DNA of 64,000 bases from Clostridiales bacterium (GCA_028724525.1 JAQYCV010000033.1:36290-100289); one strand, 5' to 3'; shown: positions 18,190 through 27,934, counted from the stretch's first letter. Notes: generated by a model from the sequence alone, not told the origin. Numbers and translations are program-made.

Positions 18190-18500
18190 AGGTCCTTATG
18201 TTTTTTGGGCAAAGAAAAACGCCCACACGGGGCGTGAAAATACGCGGTACCACCCGTTTCACCAAGCCAGTTTAGGTCTCTCAGACCTTCCTGCCGCTTG
18301 GCCTCTTGAGCCCTCATACGGTGGGCAACCGTCTGCACTTAATAGCCTCACTATAGCTTGATCGCTTACTATAACAAACTCGGCGTTCGGAGCAGCCGCT
18401 CGGGGCTGATTTTCGTATCCTGGGCCCTGCGCGCTGCTCTCACCCTCCAGCACTCGCTGTGGCCGCTACCAAGATCTACTCTTGCCCTTCATAGCGTTTA
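18190..18500 (-). ncRNA. T-box riboswitch leader (candidate Ile specifier AUC) with terminator
   Basis: The minus strand carries AACGGGTGGTACCGCG (T-box, 18243-18255 on plus). It is followed by the ACGCCC-CGTGT-GGGCGT hairpin and TTTTT (about 18212-18237). A stem-I-like AUGAAGGGCAAGAGUAG lies near 18495, and GAAAAUCAG contains AUC at 18408-18410. Confidence 0.8.
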
Positions 18501-18577
18501 TATGGGGGCTTTTGCGCTTCAGATGCGGTCTTCTGTCTTTTTAGAAAGACCTTATCCAGGCGAAAAAGCACGTCCAA

Positions 18578-18606
18578 AGTATACTAAACACAAGGGTAGC
18601 CGTCAA
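18578..18606 (-). promoter_or_regulatory. Candidate sigma-A promoter of the ileS leader
   Basis: Minus strand reads TTGACG, a 17-nt spacer, then TATACT. Confidence 0.4.
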
Positions 18607-18684
18607 AAATTTTAATCTTAGAGGCTACAAGTTGATCAGGCATAAAGCTTCGCATATGACCTTATGTACACGAAATCTTATCCG

Positions 18685-19329
18685 TCAGGAGATCTTATGT
18701 GTAGAGACAATAACCCCCCGTTCCCTCAGAACTAGGAAATACACCATAGCAAGGACAAAAAAGTGAAAAAGAATCGTCAGTCCTGCCTGGCTGAAATACC
18801 AGCTCATTTTTATTTGCTCATCTAAAAGGAGCGTTGGCCAGGCAAAGAGATTAGCTAGAGATACAGGCGGTTGGGTACAGATGATAATCCAGATCCATAG
18901 GGCCACTGTCCAGCGCCGACTATTATTAGACAAATTAATAATTTGGTCATACATTCCTAAAAATATAGAAATTATAATAAGCCAGCACATAAAGTGTAGG
19001 GCCCCTAACCACTCGATAGAAATATTGAGTGGGTAGGAAAGCAAGATACAACCTGCTCCAAGCACGACAATTTGAGGCACTAACTCCTGCAGTACATATT
19101 TTACGGAATACATCAGGTAATCTTTATAACTTTTTAGCCTGGGCAATAGAAAATTCAGTTCAAAACTATGGACAAACAGAAAGTAAATAAAAATAGGATA
19201 GAAAAGACGACCTGATACTCTCTGAAAAATATTGATCGTTCCTTTATCACCAAAATCTATGACATTGAAGATAAAGTAGCCTAGCCAAATGAGTAAGAAT
19301 TTATATCGATTAGCTTTTATGCTTTTCAT
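18685..19329 (-). CDS. Polytopic membrane protein, probable permease partner of the adjacent ABC ATPase
   Basis: 214 aa and AT-rich, with several hydrophobic segments. Its start overlaps the upstream ATPase gene by 20 nt. Confidence 0.5.
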   Translation of the reverse strand: MKSIKANRYKFLLIWLGYFIFNVIDFGDKGTINIFQRVSGRLFYPIFIYFLFVHSFELNFLLPRLKSYKDYLMYSVKYVLQELVPQIVVLGAGCILLSYPLNISIEWLGALHFMCWLIIISIFLGMYDQIINLSNNSRRWTVALWIWIIICTQPPVSLANLFAWPTLLLDEQIKMSWYFSQAGLTILFHFFVLAMVYFLVLRERGVIVSTHKIS

Positions 19330-19969
19330 GGTTATCCGGACAAGAGCTCCCTTTCTTGAGGGCTTCTATAGGCAAAATAGTATCAGCAATGTTTGTTATA
19401 TCTGCTTGATCATGGCTGGTAAAAATAATTGTTGTTTGTGGGCTCTTAAAATGCTTAAAAATATTTTGCACTAGCTCAACACTTTGCTCGTCTAGGGCAT
19501 TAAAAGGTTCATCCATAATCAAGTACTTAGGGTGTTCCATGAGTGCTTGAATAATTCTCATCTTTTGCTTCATACCCTGAGAGTAAGTTTTATAAGGCTT
19601 ATGGATAGCCTGGGTAAGACCCATTTGGTCTACCCACCATAAGACTTCTTTTTGATTAATTTTTTTGCGGATATTGGCCAGATACATAAGGCTGTCATAA
19701 CCTGTCCAGGCAGGCATAAATTCCGGCTGGTTAATGCTTACTCCCGCATCCTGAATAAAATCCACGTCGCGCCCTAGAACCTGTCCATCAATCAGGACTT
19801 GGCCGCTATCCGGTGTCATAAAACCTGTCATAAGGTTCAAGAGCACACTTTTGCCACTCCCATTTCTTCCGACAAGGCCATAGGCATGACCATCTAGAAA
19901 AGTGAAATTTATTTGGTGAAAAATTTCTTCATACTGAAAACTTTTACTAATATTGATCAACTGAATCAT
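19310..19969 (-). CDS. ABC transporter ATP-binding protein
   Basis: Walker A GRNGSGKS, signature YSQGMKQK, Walker B LIMDEP. Confidence 0.85.
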   Translation of the reverse strand: MIQLINISKSFQYEEIFHQINFTFLDGHAYGLVGRNGSGKSVLLNLMTGFMTPDSGQVLIDGQVLGRDVDFIQDAGVSINQPEFMPAWTGYDSLMYLANIRKKINQKEVLWWVDQMGLTQAIHKPYKTYSQGMKQKMRIIQALMEHPKYLIMDEPFNALDEQSVELVQNIFKHFKSPQTTIIFTSHDQADITNIADTILPIEALKKGSSCPDNHEKHKS

Positions 19970-19988
19970 AAGGGGGCTCTTTCTATTG

Positions 19989-20864
19989 CTATACTCTCAC
20001 TTTTGCATGCCGGATTTGATTACTTATGATAAGTCCCGAAGGTAATAGAGTAGGAATCAGCTGTAGAATAAAAAATGGTATAGTAGCTACATTTCTTATA
20101 GAATTAGGTATACATAGGCGAGCGGGCTCTAGATATTGTAGCAAAGTGTGTAGCCAAGACGGCATTATATTCATGCCACCTAAGCGATTAAAGAACAGAG
20201 TAAGCGCATAATAAGTTAATACAGTCACCAGAAGGACTTGATACCTCTTTTCAAACACAAGACCTAATGTGCTTCCCATAATTGAAAATAAAAAGGGAGC
20301 ATAGCCGTACTGTACACTGTAAACCATAAAATAGTAGAGCTTACGATGGTCAAAGTAAAAATCTACCCCGAAAAGATCTAAGAAAAGGCTCGCTCCGTTG
20401 GTACTTCTAGGGGGTAAGATGTCTGGCGCCCGTGCGATGCGTAGGCCCCTCTCCACATCCGCCGGCGTAGCAAATGCAATGTGCAGGAAGAAAATCAATA
20501 AGAAGGCGGCATAACAAGCCAGAGCAACATGCAAGCTATTCAGCAAAATATCATGCAGGACCAGCCCGCGATAAGTCCTAGTCCGAGGCGCTTTCAATGG
20601 CCAAAGATGTTTGCGGATAGAGACAAAAAGCATACCCGCTATCCCTCCATAGATCGGTCCTTGAAATTGGAAACTCTCATGCAAATGGAAGACAACCGAA
20701 TCAAAAGAGAAAGTTGATTGCAAAACCTCAGATACGTCTACAGCAGACCACTTAATTAGGAAGAAATTACGAGAAACAGCCAAAGAGATATAAAAATACA
20801 GCAACAGGCTGAGCATGATGAGAAAGAATGTCGTATCAAAGAATCTTTTTAGTTTAACTTTCAT
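19989..20864 (-). CDS. Polytopic membrane protein (permease-like)
   Basis: 291 aa and AT-rich, with multiple TM segments. First gene after the hairpins at 20.93-20.99 kb. Confidence 0.5.
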   Translation of the reverse strand: MKVKLKRFFDTTFFLIMLSLLLYFYISLAVSRNFFLIKWSAVDVSEVLQSTFSFDSVVFHLHESFQFQGPIYGGIAGMLFVSIRKHLWPLKAPRTRTYRGLVLHDILLNSLHVALACYAAFLLIFFLHIAFATPADVERGLRIARAPDILPPRSTNGASLFLDLFGVDFYFDHRKLYYFMVYSVQYGYAPFLFSIMGSTLGLVFEKRYQVLLVTVLTYYALTLFFNRLGGMNIMPSWLHTLLQYLEPARLCIPNSIRNVATIPFFILQLIPTLLPSGLIISNQIRHAKVRV

Positions 20865-20933
20865 TATTCAGCCTACTCAATTTTCTCTATGATCTAACTA
20901 TTAGTCTATCATATATAGTCTTGAAAATGTATT

Positions 20934-20958
20934 AGGCTTTAGCTCGGAGCTAAAGCCT
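20934..20958 (-). terminator. Intra-island hairpin (possible terminator or processing site)
   Basis: Perfect 11-bp stem AGGCTTTAGCT-CGG-AGCTAAAGCCT. A second perfect 8-bp hairpin, GGCAAAAT-GA-ATTTTGCC, lies at 20976-20993. The downstream T-tract is weak. Confidence 0.4.
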
Positions 20959-21055
20959 AGCCTTTCCTCATCTAGGGCAAAATGAATTTTGCCAGCGGCC
21001 GTGTGATGTGAGAAGACTATCTACAAGCCCAGCTAAATGCTCCCATATTGGAATA

Positions 21056-22936
21056 TTATTTCCTAAGCAATTTCTCCTCTTGGTAGCGATAGAGAACCGC
21101 ATATTCCCCGTTTTTATCTAGGAGTTCTTGATGCGAGCCTTCTTCAATTATTCTTCCATTCTCCAATAAAATTATTTTGTCAGCCGCATGAACATTTGTA
21201 AAATTATGACTTATCCATAGAACTATATGCTGACTTGCTTCTTGCTGTACCCATTTTAGAATTACTCTTTCTGACTTGATATCAACATTTGATGTTGGCT
21301 CATCCAAAATCAATACCTGATGTTTACGAAAAAACGCTCTTGAGAGAGCAAATTTTTGATTTTGCCCAACTGATAATTCAAGACCTTCGGAATCAAACAG
21401 CCTTGTAATATTGTGGTTCATACCTCGCTTTGCCTTATTAAAAAAATCGGTACATGCAGCGCTCTCCATTGCTTTTATCGCTCGTCTATCAAAATTTTCA
21501 CTGAATATCACACTTTTGCCTTCTTGTTGATCGTTAAGTGAAAATGCATTATCTGAAATCATATAATTCTCTCTTATAGAAAAAGGAAAATTTAGCATAT
21601 TCTGGAAGTACACTGAAAATCGTGATCGTAAGTGCTCTAAAGAGAATTTCCTTATATCAGTTCCATTTATTAGTATTCTTCCTTCAGTCGGGTCATAAAA
21701 ACGAAGAAGCAGCTTAATTAGTGTGCTTTTACCAGAACCATTTAGACCAACAAGTGCAATCGTCTCTTTACTATGAATATGTAAATTTATATCATCTAGC
21801 ACAAGTGGACTTTCATCATTATAGCGAAATGAGACATGTTCAAATTTTATTTCCTGAATTTGTTCCTCTAGCTCACAATCCCCATCTACAATTGTATTTT
21901 CATACGAGAAGAAAGATTGTAGATTTTTAAATTTAAGTCGATTTTCATATAGTGCAATAATTGAAATACCAATACCGCTCATTCCATTCCGTACTTGCAG
22001 AAATAAATTTGTATAAAACGTATAGTCTCCTACAGTATTTTGATGCTGTAAAACTCGCAGCGCTAAGTCTAAACTTATGCCGCAAAGAGAAACAATCGGA
22101 AGTATTTCAAAAATTACTAGATAAAGGTTTCTTTTTCTTAAGACATTTCTCCTCTCGTAAAATAATTTATTCCATATCGATTCATGTTTTTTCAAAACGT
22201 ATGATTTAGAATTGAAAAGTCTAAAGTCTTGAGCATAACGCTTATCAGATGATAGACTTTGCAACAAAGAAGATTCTCTACCCTCGTTAATCTGCGATAT
22301 GCTTAACTGATATAGTTGTTTAGTGAACGATAAGGAAATTATTACTGGCGGTGCATTCACCACTAGTAGTATCAATGCATAAACCGGGGTAACTCTAATA
22401 GCTAGAAAAATAGTTCCACCAATAGCAATTATAGAACTTAGAAAATTCAACACATACCAAACTTCTTCTGCTACAGCTTCTGAATCTCTGAATGAAGAAA
22501 CCAATTTATCATACCACTCGGGCTTATCGAAAAAAACCAAGTCCATTTTCATAGCATTTTCAATTTGCTGATGAATAATATGTTTTTTAATCAGTTCAGA
22601 ATGTTCATTTGTTGCATACTCTCTCCATCTATCTACTATTGTTAATATTAATAAAATCAATAGTGTCAAACTAAAAATGAATAGCAATCTATTTAGTGAT
22701 TTCTCAATATTACCTTGAACCAAAATGTCAATCACAAGCTTCCCTAAATAGGAAAGCACAAGTGGAATGAGAGGATTGACGCACTCTATAATAATTCTAG
22801 ATATTGTATATATTTTTGACGTCCTCCAAGACAAATCCATGCAATACTTTATTGTTTTGATGGTGCTTTCGAGCGCAGTCAAAATTTTTTTAGATTTATT
22901 GTTTATTAAATTTAGAATATTTAAGTACATAATCAC
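21056..22936 (-). CDS. ABC exporter, fused transmembrane and ATPase domains, no N-terminal C39 peptidase domain
   Basis: 626 aa. A six-TM-type N-terminal half begins within about 30 residues of the start. Walker A GLNGSGKST, signature LSVGQNQK, Walker B LILDEP. Confidence 0.85.
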   Translation of the reverse strand: MIMYLNILNLINNKSKKILTALESTIKTIKYCMDLSWRTSKIYTISRIIIECVNPLIPLVLSYLGKLVIDILVQGNIEKSLNRLLFIFSLTLLILLILTIVDRWREYATNEHSELIKKHIIHQQIENAMKMDLVFFDKPEWYDKLVSSFRDSEAVAEEVWYVLNFLSSIIAIGGTIFLAIRVTPVYALILLVVNAPPVIISLSFTKQLYQLSISQINEGRESSLLQSLSSDKRYAQDFRLFNSKSYVLKKHESIWNKLFYERRNVLRKRNLYLVIFEILPIVSLCGISLDLALRVLQHQNTVGDYTFYTNLFLQVRNGMSGIGISIIALYENRLKFKNLQSFFSYENTIVDGDCELEEQIQEIKFEHVSFRYNDESPLVLDDINLHIHSKETIALVGLNGSGKSTLIKLLLRFYDPTEGRILINGTDIRKFSLEHLRSRFSVYFQNMLNFPFSIRENYMISDNAFSLNDQQEGKSVIFSENFDRRAIKAMESAACTDFFNKAKRGMNHNITRLFDSEGLELSVGQNQKFALSRAFFRKHQVLILDEPTSNVDIKSERVILKWVQQEASQHIVLWISHNFTNVHAADKIILLENGRIIEEGSHQELLDKNGEYAVLYRYQEEKLLRK

Positions 22937-23059
22937 TCTTTTGTTTAGTTATCAACTGTTACCTTATAGCACGCGAATATATTTCGCGCCTCGACTCTGC
23001 ACGTATCAATCTGGTTCGTATCATGTAGTAATCTATTCATTTTTACACTGTCAACTCTC

Positions 23060-24256
23060 TCATGACTGGTATCTCTTTAATAGATGTGACCCAGCTGTAA
23101 TGAAAAGGATCGATAGCGCAATGAGTAAAAGCAGGCTGCTCCAATAGCCAAATCCTAAATCTCCAATAAGTAGTTCCGAGATTTGAATAAAAGAAAATGG
23201 ATTGAATGGCTCTGGAACAATGACCAGACAAGATAAGAAGCCAACACAGATTACCGTCCCACCGGAATCTTTCAGAATGAGTGACAACAAATTTGTCAGC
23301 GAGAAAAGAAAAATAGAAACGCACGTATATATGATATAATAATATTTTATATAACTCCAAATTGATACGCTCTTTAGGCTGGAGAAGGCTAATTCAGGTG
23401 AAAATCGAACAAACAAACGTTCAAATATTCGCGGATTGATTAGCACCGAGATATCAGATCCGGGTCCACCCATAAATAATGCCACAGCACTCGGCAAAAA
23501 TAGCAAGAGACTCACGAAAATAAGTGTGATTAACAGCTTCACAATCACTTTGGAATAGTATATTTCTCTACATGGGTACGGTTGGGTTAATAGAAGGCGT
23601 ATCCCCCCCGATGTAAATTCTACGGCCCAGTTATTTGCGTTGATAATAACAACAAAAAACATGGCAAACAATGTAAACAGTGGAAAACTAATTGTATAAT
23701 GTAAAATTGAATTTGTCTGAGCTTTATCGCTGAAAGACTCTCCTAGAGCTAAGCTTCCTTTGTTCTTAACCAATCTTGCATATAAATTGCGAATATCAGT
23801 ATTATAAATATAATCCTCATGAATCAGATTAATCTTCTTCTTATAGATTTTTTCGTAAGCAAAATTGTCCATATCTACGATGGTTTTCTTTATATTGGTG
23901 TACTGCTGAGCTCTATGCTGATTGAACATTTCCAGTTTTTCCTGAAACATATAATACTTGAGTAAGACATCACTTTCGAATTGGTAGAGCTCTGCTTGTT
24001 TTGCCAATTCATCAGTTGGATTTTGCTGATTTGCTTTTTTTACCAAGGTATATAGATTCTGCGTAAATTCGTATGCTAACCAAAGTTTCTCTTTTTCAGC
24101 TGCTGCTAACGCTTCGCTTCTCTTCGGGAGGTCACGCTGAATTTGTTCAAACGTAGATAGAATGGCTATGCAGAACAGTACTAAAACTACAATAATTGAG
24201 AGCAAGAACCTTTTACTGATACTCTTTGTTAAATCTGCAAGAATTAAATTTTTCAT
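23060..24256 (-). CDS. ABC-2-type permease with a large extracytoplasmic helical insert
   Basis: 398 aa: TM1, then a charged region of about 170 aa, then a TM bundle. Contains an ABC-2-like ...EFTSGGIRLLLTQPYPCREIYYSK... segment. Confidence 0.6.
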   Translation of the reverse strand: MKNLILADLTKSISKRFLLSIIVVLVLFCIAILSTFEQIQRDLPKRSEALAAAEKEKLWLAYEFTQNLYTLVKKANQQNPTDELAKQAELYQFESDVLLKYYMFQEKLEMFNQHRAQQYTNIKKTIVDMDNFAYEKIYKKKINLIHEDYIYNTDIRNLYARLVKNKGSLALGESFSDKAQTNSILHYTISFPLFTLFAMFFVVIINANNWAVEFTSGGIRLLLTQPYPCREIYYSKVIVKLLITLIFVSLLLFLPSAVALFMGGPGSDISVLINPRIFERLFVRFSPELAFSSLKSVSIWSYIKYYYIIYTCVSIFLFSLTNLLSLILKDSGGTVICVGFLSCLVIVPEPFNPFSFIQISELLIGDLGFGYWSSLLLLIALSILFITAGSHLLKRYQS

Positions 24257-24257
24257 T

Positions 24258-25160
24258 CTAACTGGCTATGATTATTTCTTTATATATCTCTTCAAGCGAT
24301 TTATAGGATTTCTTTATTTCGGATATTCTGATCTTTTTGTTTAAAATGACCATCAATAAGTCATTTAGTTCGTCCTCGGTGAGATCACAATGTAAGAGTA
24401 CCGTTTTATGCGAATCTGTTTTCTTTGAGCAATTGTATCCCAGGTCTTTAAGAGTCGCTTCGAGTTTCAACATATCCTCTGTATAAATATCATATCCTCT
24501 ACTCGCTTGTTCTTGGGAAATAGCGCCATCGAATATGACTTTCCCATCGTTAATCATAATTACTCTGTCAGATATCTTCTCTAATTCAGACAGCAAATGT
24601 GAGGAGATTAAAATGCCCATTCCCTGATCTTTTAGGTGACATAGTTCTTCACGAAGCTGAAAAACTCCATCAGGATCCAGCCCATTCATTGGTTCATCTA
24701 AAATAATTAAATGGGGTTTTGGCATTAGGACCATTGTTACTATCAATCTCATTTTCATGCCAGTGGAATAAGTAGAGACTCTACTGTGAAGAGCTTCACC
24801 TAATTTTGAGAACACTTCTGCCTCAGTTATTCGTGTTTTAGGCAATTTTCTCCACTGCGCAATCAACTTGATATGATCCGCGCCCGTCAGTTCGGGATAT
24901 AGAGCAGGACTTTCGATGCTTGCACCGAGTAACATTAAAGCATTAACTCGATCCTCCCTAATATTGTGATTCTCAATGCTTATATCTCCAGAATCAAACG
25001 GAAGTAAACCACAAATACACTTCATTGCTGTTGACTTTCCAGCGCCGTTAGGTCCAAGAAGACCAACAATTTCAGACTGATTTACTTGAAAGCAAAGATT
25101 CTGAAGAACCGACTTATGACCAATCCTTTTATTAAGATTGCAAACTGAAAGTAATGACAT
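24258..25160 (-). CDS. ABC transporter ATP-binding protein (ABC-2 / LanF-like subfamily)
   Basis: Walker A GPNGAGKST, signature YSTGMKMR, Walker B IILDEP. 1-nt gap to the permease gene. Confidence 0.9.
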   Translation of the reverse strand: MSLLSVCNLNKRIGHKSVLQNLCFQVNQSEIVGLLGPNGAGKSTAMKCICGLLPFDSGDISIENHNIREDRVNALMLLGASIESPALYPELTGADHIKLIAQWRKLPKTRITEAEVFSKLGEALHSRVSTYSTGMKMRLIVTMVLMPKPHLIILDEPMNGLDPDGVFQLREELCHLKDQGMGILISSHLLSELEKISDRVIMINDGKVIFDGAISQEQASRGYDIYTEDMLKLEATLKDLGYNCSKKTDSHKTVLLHCDLTEDELNDLLMVILNKKIRISEIKKSYKSLEEIYKEIIIAS

Positions 25161-25171
25161 AATTCACTACC

Positions 25172-26521
25172 CTATGACTTATCGCTAATGTACTCAACAT
25201 TAGTTATTCCAAGTCTATTAAATGAGAACAGCAATTTTTCAATCAATTTTTTCTTCTGCTCTTCGCAGCTAAGGTTTTTCTTCTCTCGTCGCCTCAATGG
25301 GCAGTGGCCACCCATACATATTGGAAGGAAATTGCATTTCTTACACTGATTATTACTCAACGGATTGAAAAGTAAATATTCATAGTAATTATTATTATTT
25401 CTTCTATCTTCGCCAACATTATTAATGTTGCCAATTATAGCACTTGACTTTCCGATCTCTTCCCAGCATTTGCACAGGTTACCAAGCGGGTCAATCACAA
25501 AGGAATTAAACTTATCACAAGTACACGCACTTGTAATCCTGTTAGGATAAAAGTATGAAAACTCAACCTCTTTGCCATATACATTTTCAAGTGTTGTTAT
25601 GAATTTGCGTTCGAATTCTGAAAATTCATTTTCCGTTAAAGTATATTTATTCTCTGTGTCATTGTTATCAAAAACACGCGCGACATAAGGATAGACATAA
25701 TTGAGTATTTCTTCTTTATATAGTAAATCAAGCACATTTATCATAGACTGATAATTTTTTCGTGTAGAGTTTAACCTAAGAGCAATGTTGGGAAGAATTG
25801 AATGTTTTGTATCATAGAGGTCTTTCAAATTCTTCAAATTATAAATAATTTTATCAAAAGTAACCGCTCCATTTACATGTCTTCGCGTTATATCGTGATA
25901 ATGAACATCTCCATCTAAAGGTATTTGAATTGATTGTATTTTAAGATCAACGAGGGTCTTAAAAGTATAATTGTCCAAAAGGTAGCCGTTTGTTGTGATA
26001 CCACTTCTATAATTAATATTATTTTTATCACATATATCTATTAGTTCACTTGAAATGGCATTGATCTTATCCATTGCCAACAGCGGTTCCCCACCATACC
26101 AGCTTATTGATAGCATTTTGAGATTCTGGACATTTTGTTTAACGAAGCTCACAATACCATCCATTACAGAATCAGTAATATTACCCCGTTTTCGAGATCC
26201 TCTTTCAAAACAATAGGGGCAATTAAAGTTACAGTCGAGAGTTGGAGCAATTGTTATTCCTAAGCTATTATTCCCAAATTTCGCATTATACATATCAATT
26301 TGAAGCTGCTTAAGCTCATCAAATTGATTCTCAATAATTATTCCTCCATACAACATGTCCTTCTTGACAGTATCGTCTAGCAGATCAATGTATTCTTCAT
26401 CATTATTAATAAAATTTTCAGCAACACCGTCAGGAAACTCCGCCAATGCATTACTAAATGCATTATATACATAGAACTTTTCCGGTCCTCTAAAGTAGTG
26501 ATTAAATATGGATTTTTTCAT
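25172..26521 (-). CDS. Radical SAM / SPASM-domain peptide-modifying enzyme (sactisynthase/ranthisynthase-like)
   Basis: 449 aa with a CNFNCPYC (CX3CX2C) radical-SAM cluster motif. The C-terminal Cys-rich extension reads ...ACTCDKF...GNLCKCWEE...CKKCNFLPICMGGHCP.... Confidence 0.9.
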   Translation of the reverse strand: MKKSIFNHYFRGPEKFYVYNAFSNALAEFPDGVAENFINNDEEYIDLLDDTVKKDMLYGGIIIENQFDELKQLQIDMYNAKFGNNSLGITIAPTLDCNFNCPYCFERGSRKRGNITDSVMDGIVSFVKQNVQNLKMLSISWYGGEPLLAMDKINAISSELIDICDKNNINYRSGITTNGYLLDNYTFKTLVDLKIQSIQIPLDGDVHYHDITRRHVNGAVTFDKIIYNLKNLKDLYDTKHSILPNIALRLNSTRKNYQSMINVLDLLYKEEILNYVYPYVARVFDNNDTENKYTLTENEFSEFERKFITTLENVYGKEVEFSYFYPNRITSACTCDKFNSFVIDPLGNLCKCWEEIGKSSAIIGNINNVGEDRRNNNNYYEYLLFNPLSNNQCKKCNFLPICMGGHCPLRRREKKNLSCEEQKKKLIEKLLFSFNRLGITNVEYISDKS

Positions 26522-26524
26522 AGC

Positions 26525-27928
26525 TCACCTATAATTCTTATACATAGTCAATTTAGCTAACAATATTATTCCCACTATTGAAATTGCCAATAAAAATATT
26601 GCATGGAACCAGGTAAACTGCTCTGCTCCCAGAGTGATGTTCCACCCGTTAGCAACCGCAAAAGGATTGAAATAGTTTAATCTAGATCGTATGTTCTTTT
26701 GTTCAAAGAAAAAAATGCAGAACGATAGTGCAGCAACCACAACTATACGGTATTTGGACTTCATCACAGTCAGAACGACACTTGTGGATAATACAACAAT
26801 AAAAGTGACTTTCAAGAAATCAACCGTCGCGGCTCTAAGGAAGAACTCGGCAAATCTAACTGACATAAAGTCACTATAGCTGAGATTCGAAATAGTATTG
26901 TGTGCACCGTATGGCACATACAACAATTGAGACAACCCAATGTATCTAGTCGAAAAAATACCATTAGTCTGACCAAGTGAATGAAATGTGTTGTATCCTC
27001 GTCGAATAACAACCATATCCGTATTCCAATTGTAAGGTTTTCCAAGCAGTAAAGCCAAGGCACAGCTAACAATTTGAGGAATGTAATAAAAAAACAAAGA
27101 TATAAAGTAGGTTATAAAAAAAAGATGCAGAAAGCTGTGAAATCTTTTTTGTGGTAACATGAAAATATTATTAATATAGCCGGAATTAGAAATTTTAAAT
27201 ATATAATACGCTACTAAAACAGGGCAAACTGTTAAGAGAACTAGCCTTGGCTGAAAAGCTCCCCGTACGGAATTTTTTGACATTAACCTCATGAGAAAAT
27301 AATATATATTAAAATCGTTAGTCGGTTCAACGCGATCAGAAAAGTAATTATCAATCGCTCTTTCAGCCATCAACGCCAGATGTGCATATTCCACATCAGA
27401 CTTCTTTGCGTCATTACTTGCGATATCATCAAAGTCTTTAATTATATAAGGGTAACGAATAGTAGCCAAGAACGCTTTAATCTTTTCAGGATACAAGGTG
27501 TAAACATTTGGTTTTTCGTCTGTGTTATCGGTGAAAAACTGAGCCGCCAAAAGGTACTCTAGTGCATTTGTAGAGTTTGCATCACTCAGTTTTTGCTCAA
27601 AACTGTTCTTTTTTTCCAACTGATTTAGTGCTGTCATCACTTTACTTGTCTGGTAATCATAATTCGCTTCAAATCTTTCCATAAATTCGTCACCGCGACT
27701 CTTAGCTAATAGTCTCGCTCGACTTATCCAATAGCCTTTGCCTCTAATGTTTGAACTTATATGGTCACGATAAATTTCCTTCTGATGCTCAAATACTGAT
27801 GGGGACTGTACGTACAGATATAGAACCCAAGCAATAAAAAACATCAGAAGGACAAAAAATACGCGTCGAAGCGTTTTGTCACGAAAAAGCACAGACAATT
27901 CAAGACGTTTAAGAAAAAAAATATTCAT
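26525..27928 (-). CDS. Polytopic membrane protein, ABC-2-permease-like with a large N-terminal extracytoplasmic domain
   Basis: 467 aa: TM1, then a soluble region of about 190 aa, then a TM bundle. Its start lies 6 nt after the stop of the small Cys-rich ORF. Confidence 0.5.
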   Translation of the reverse strand: MNIFFLKRLELSVLFRDKTLRRVFFVLLMFFIAWVLYLYVQSPSVFEHQKEIYRDHISSNIRGKGYWISRARLLAKSRGDEFMERFEANYDYQTSKVMTALNQLEKKNSFEQKLSDANSTNALEYLLAAQFFTDNTDEKPNVYTLYPEKIKAFLATIRYPYIIKDFDDIASNDAKKSDVEYAHLALMAERAIDNYFSDRVEPTNDFNIYYFLMRLMSKNSVRGAFQPRLVLLTVCPVLVAYYIFKISNSGYINNIFMLPQKRFHSFLHLFFITYFISLFFYYIPQIVSCALALLLGKPYNWNTDMVVIRRGYNTFHSLGQTNGIFSTRYIGLSQLLYVPYGAHNTISNLSYSDFMSVRFAEFFLRAATVDFLKVTFIVVLSTSVVLTVMKSKYRIVVVAALSFCIFFFEQKNIRSRLNYFNPFAVANGWNITLGAEQFTWFHAIFLLAISIVGIILLAKLTMYKNYR

Positions 27929-27934
27929 TCCGGA

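Noticed and set aside
18259-18615. Two small ORFs (64 and 85 aa) upstream of ileS
   Set aside because: They lie inside the T-box leader (T-box sequence, terminator, stem I), and RNA structure accounts for the region.
22767-23360. ORFs 22767-23147 (+) and 23043-23360 (-) spanning the exporter/permease junction
   Set aside because: They overlap well-supported ABC genes and show the low-complexity composition expected of AT-rich antisense or alternative frames. The 22937-23059 gap contains only a short hairpin (CGCGAA-TATAT-TTCGCG).
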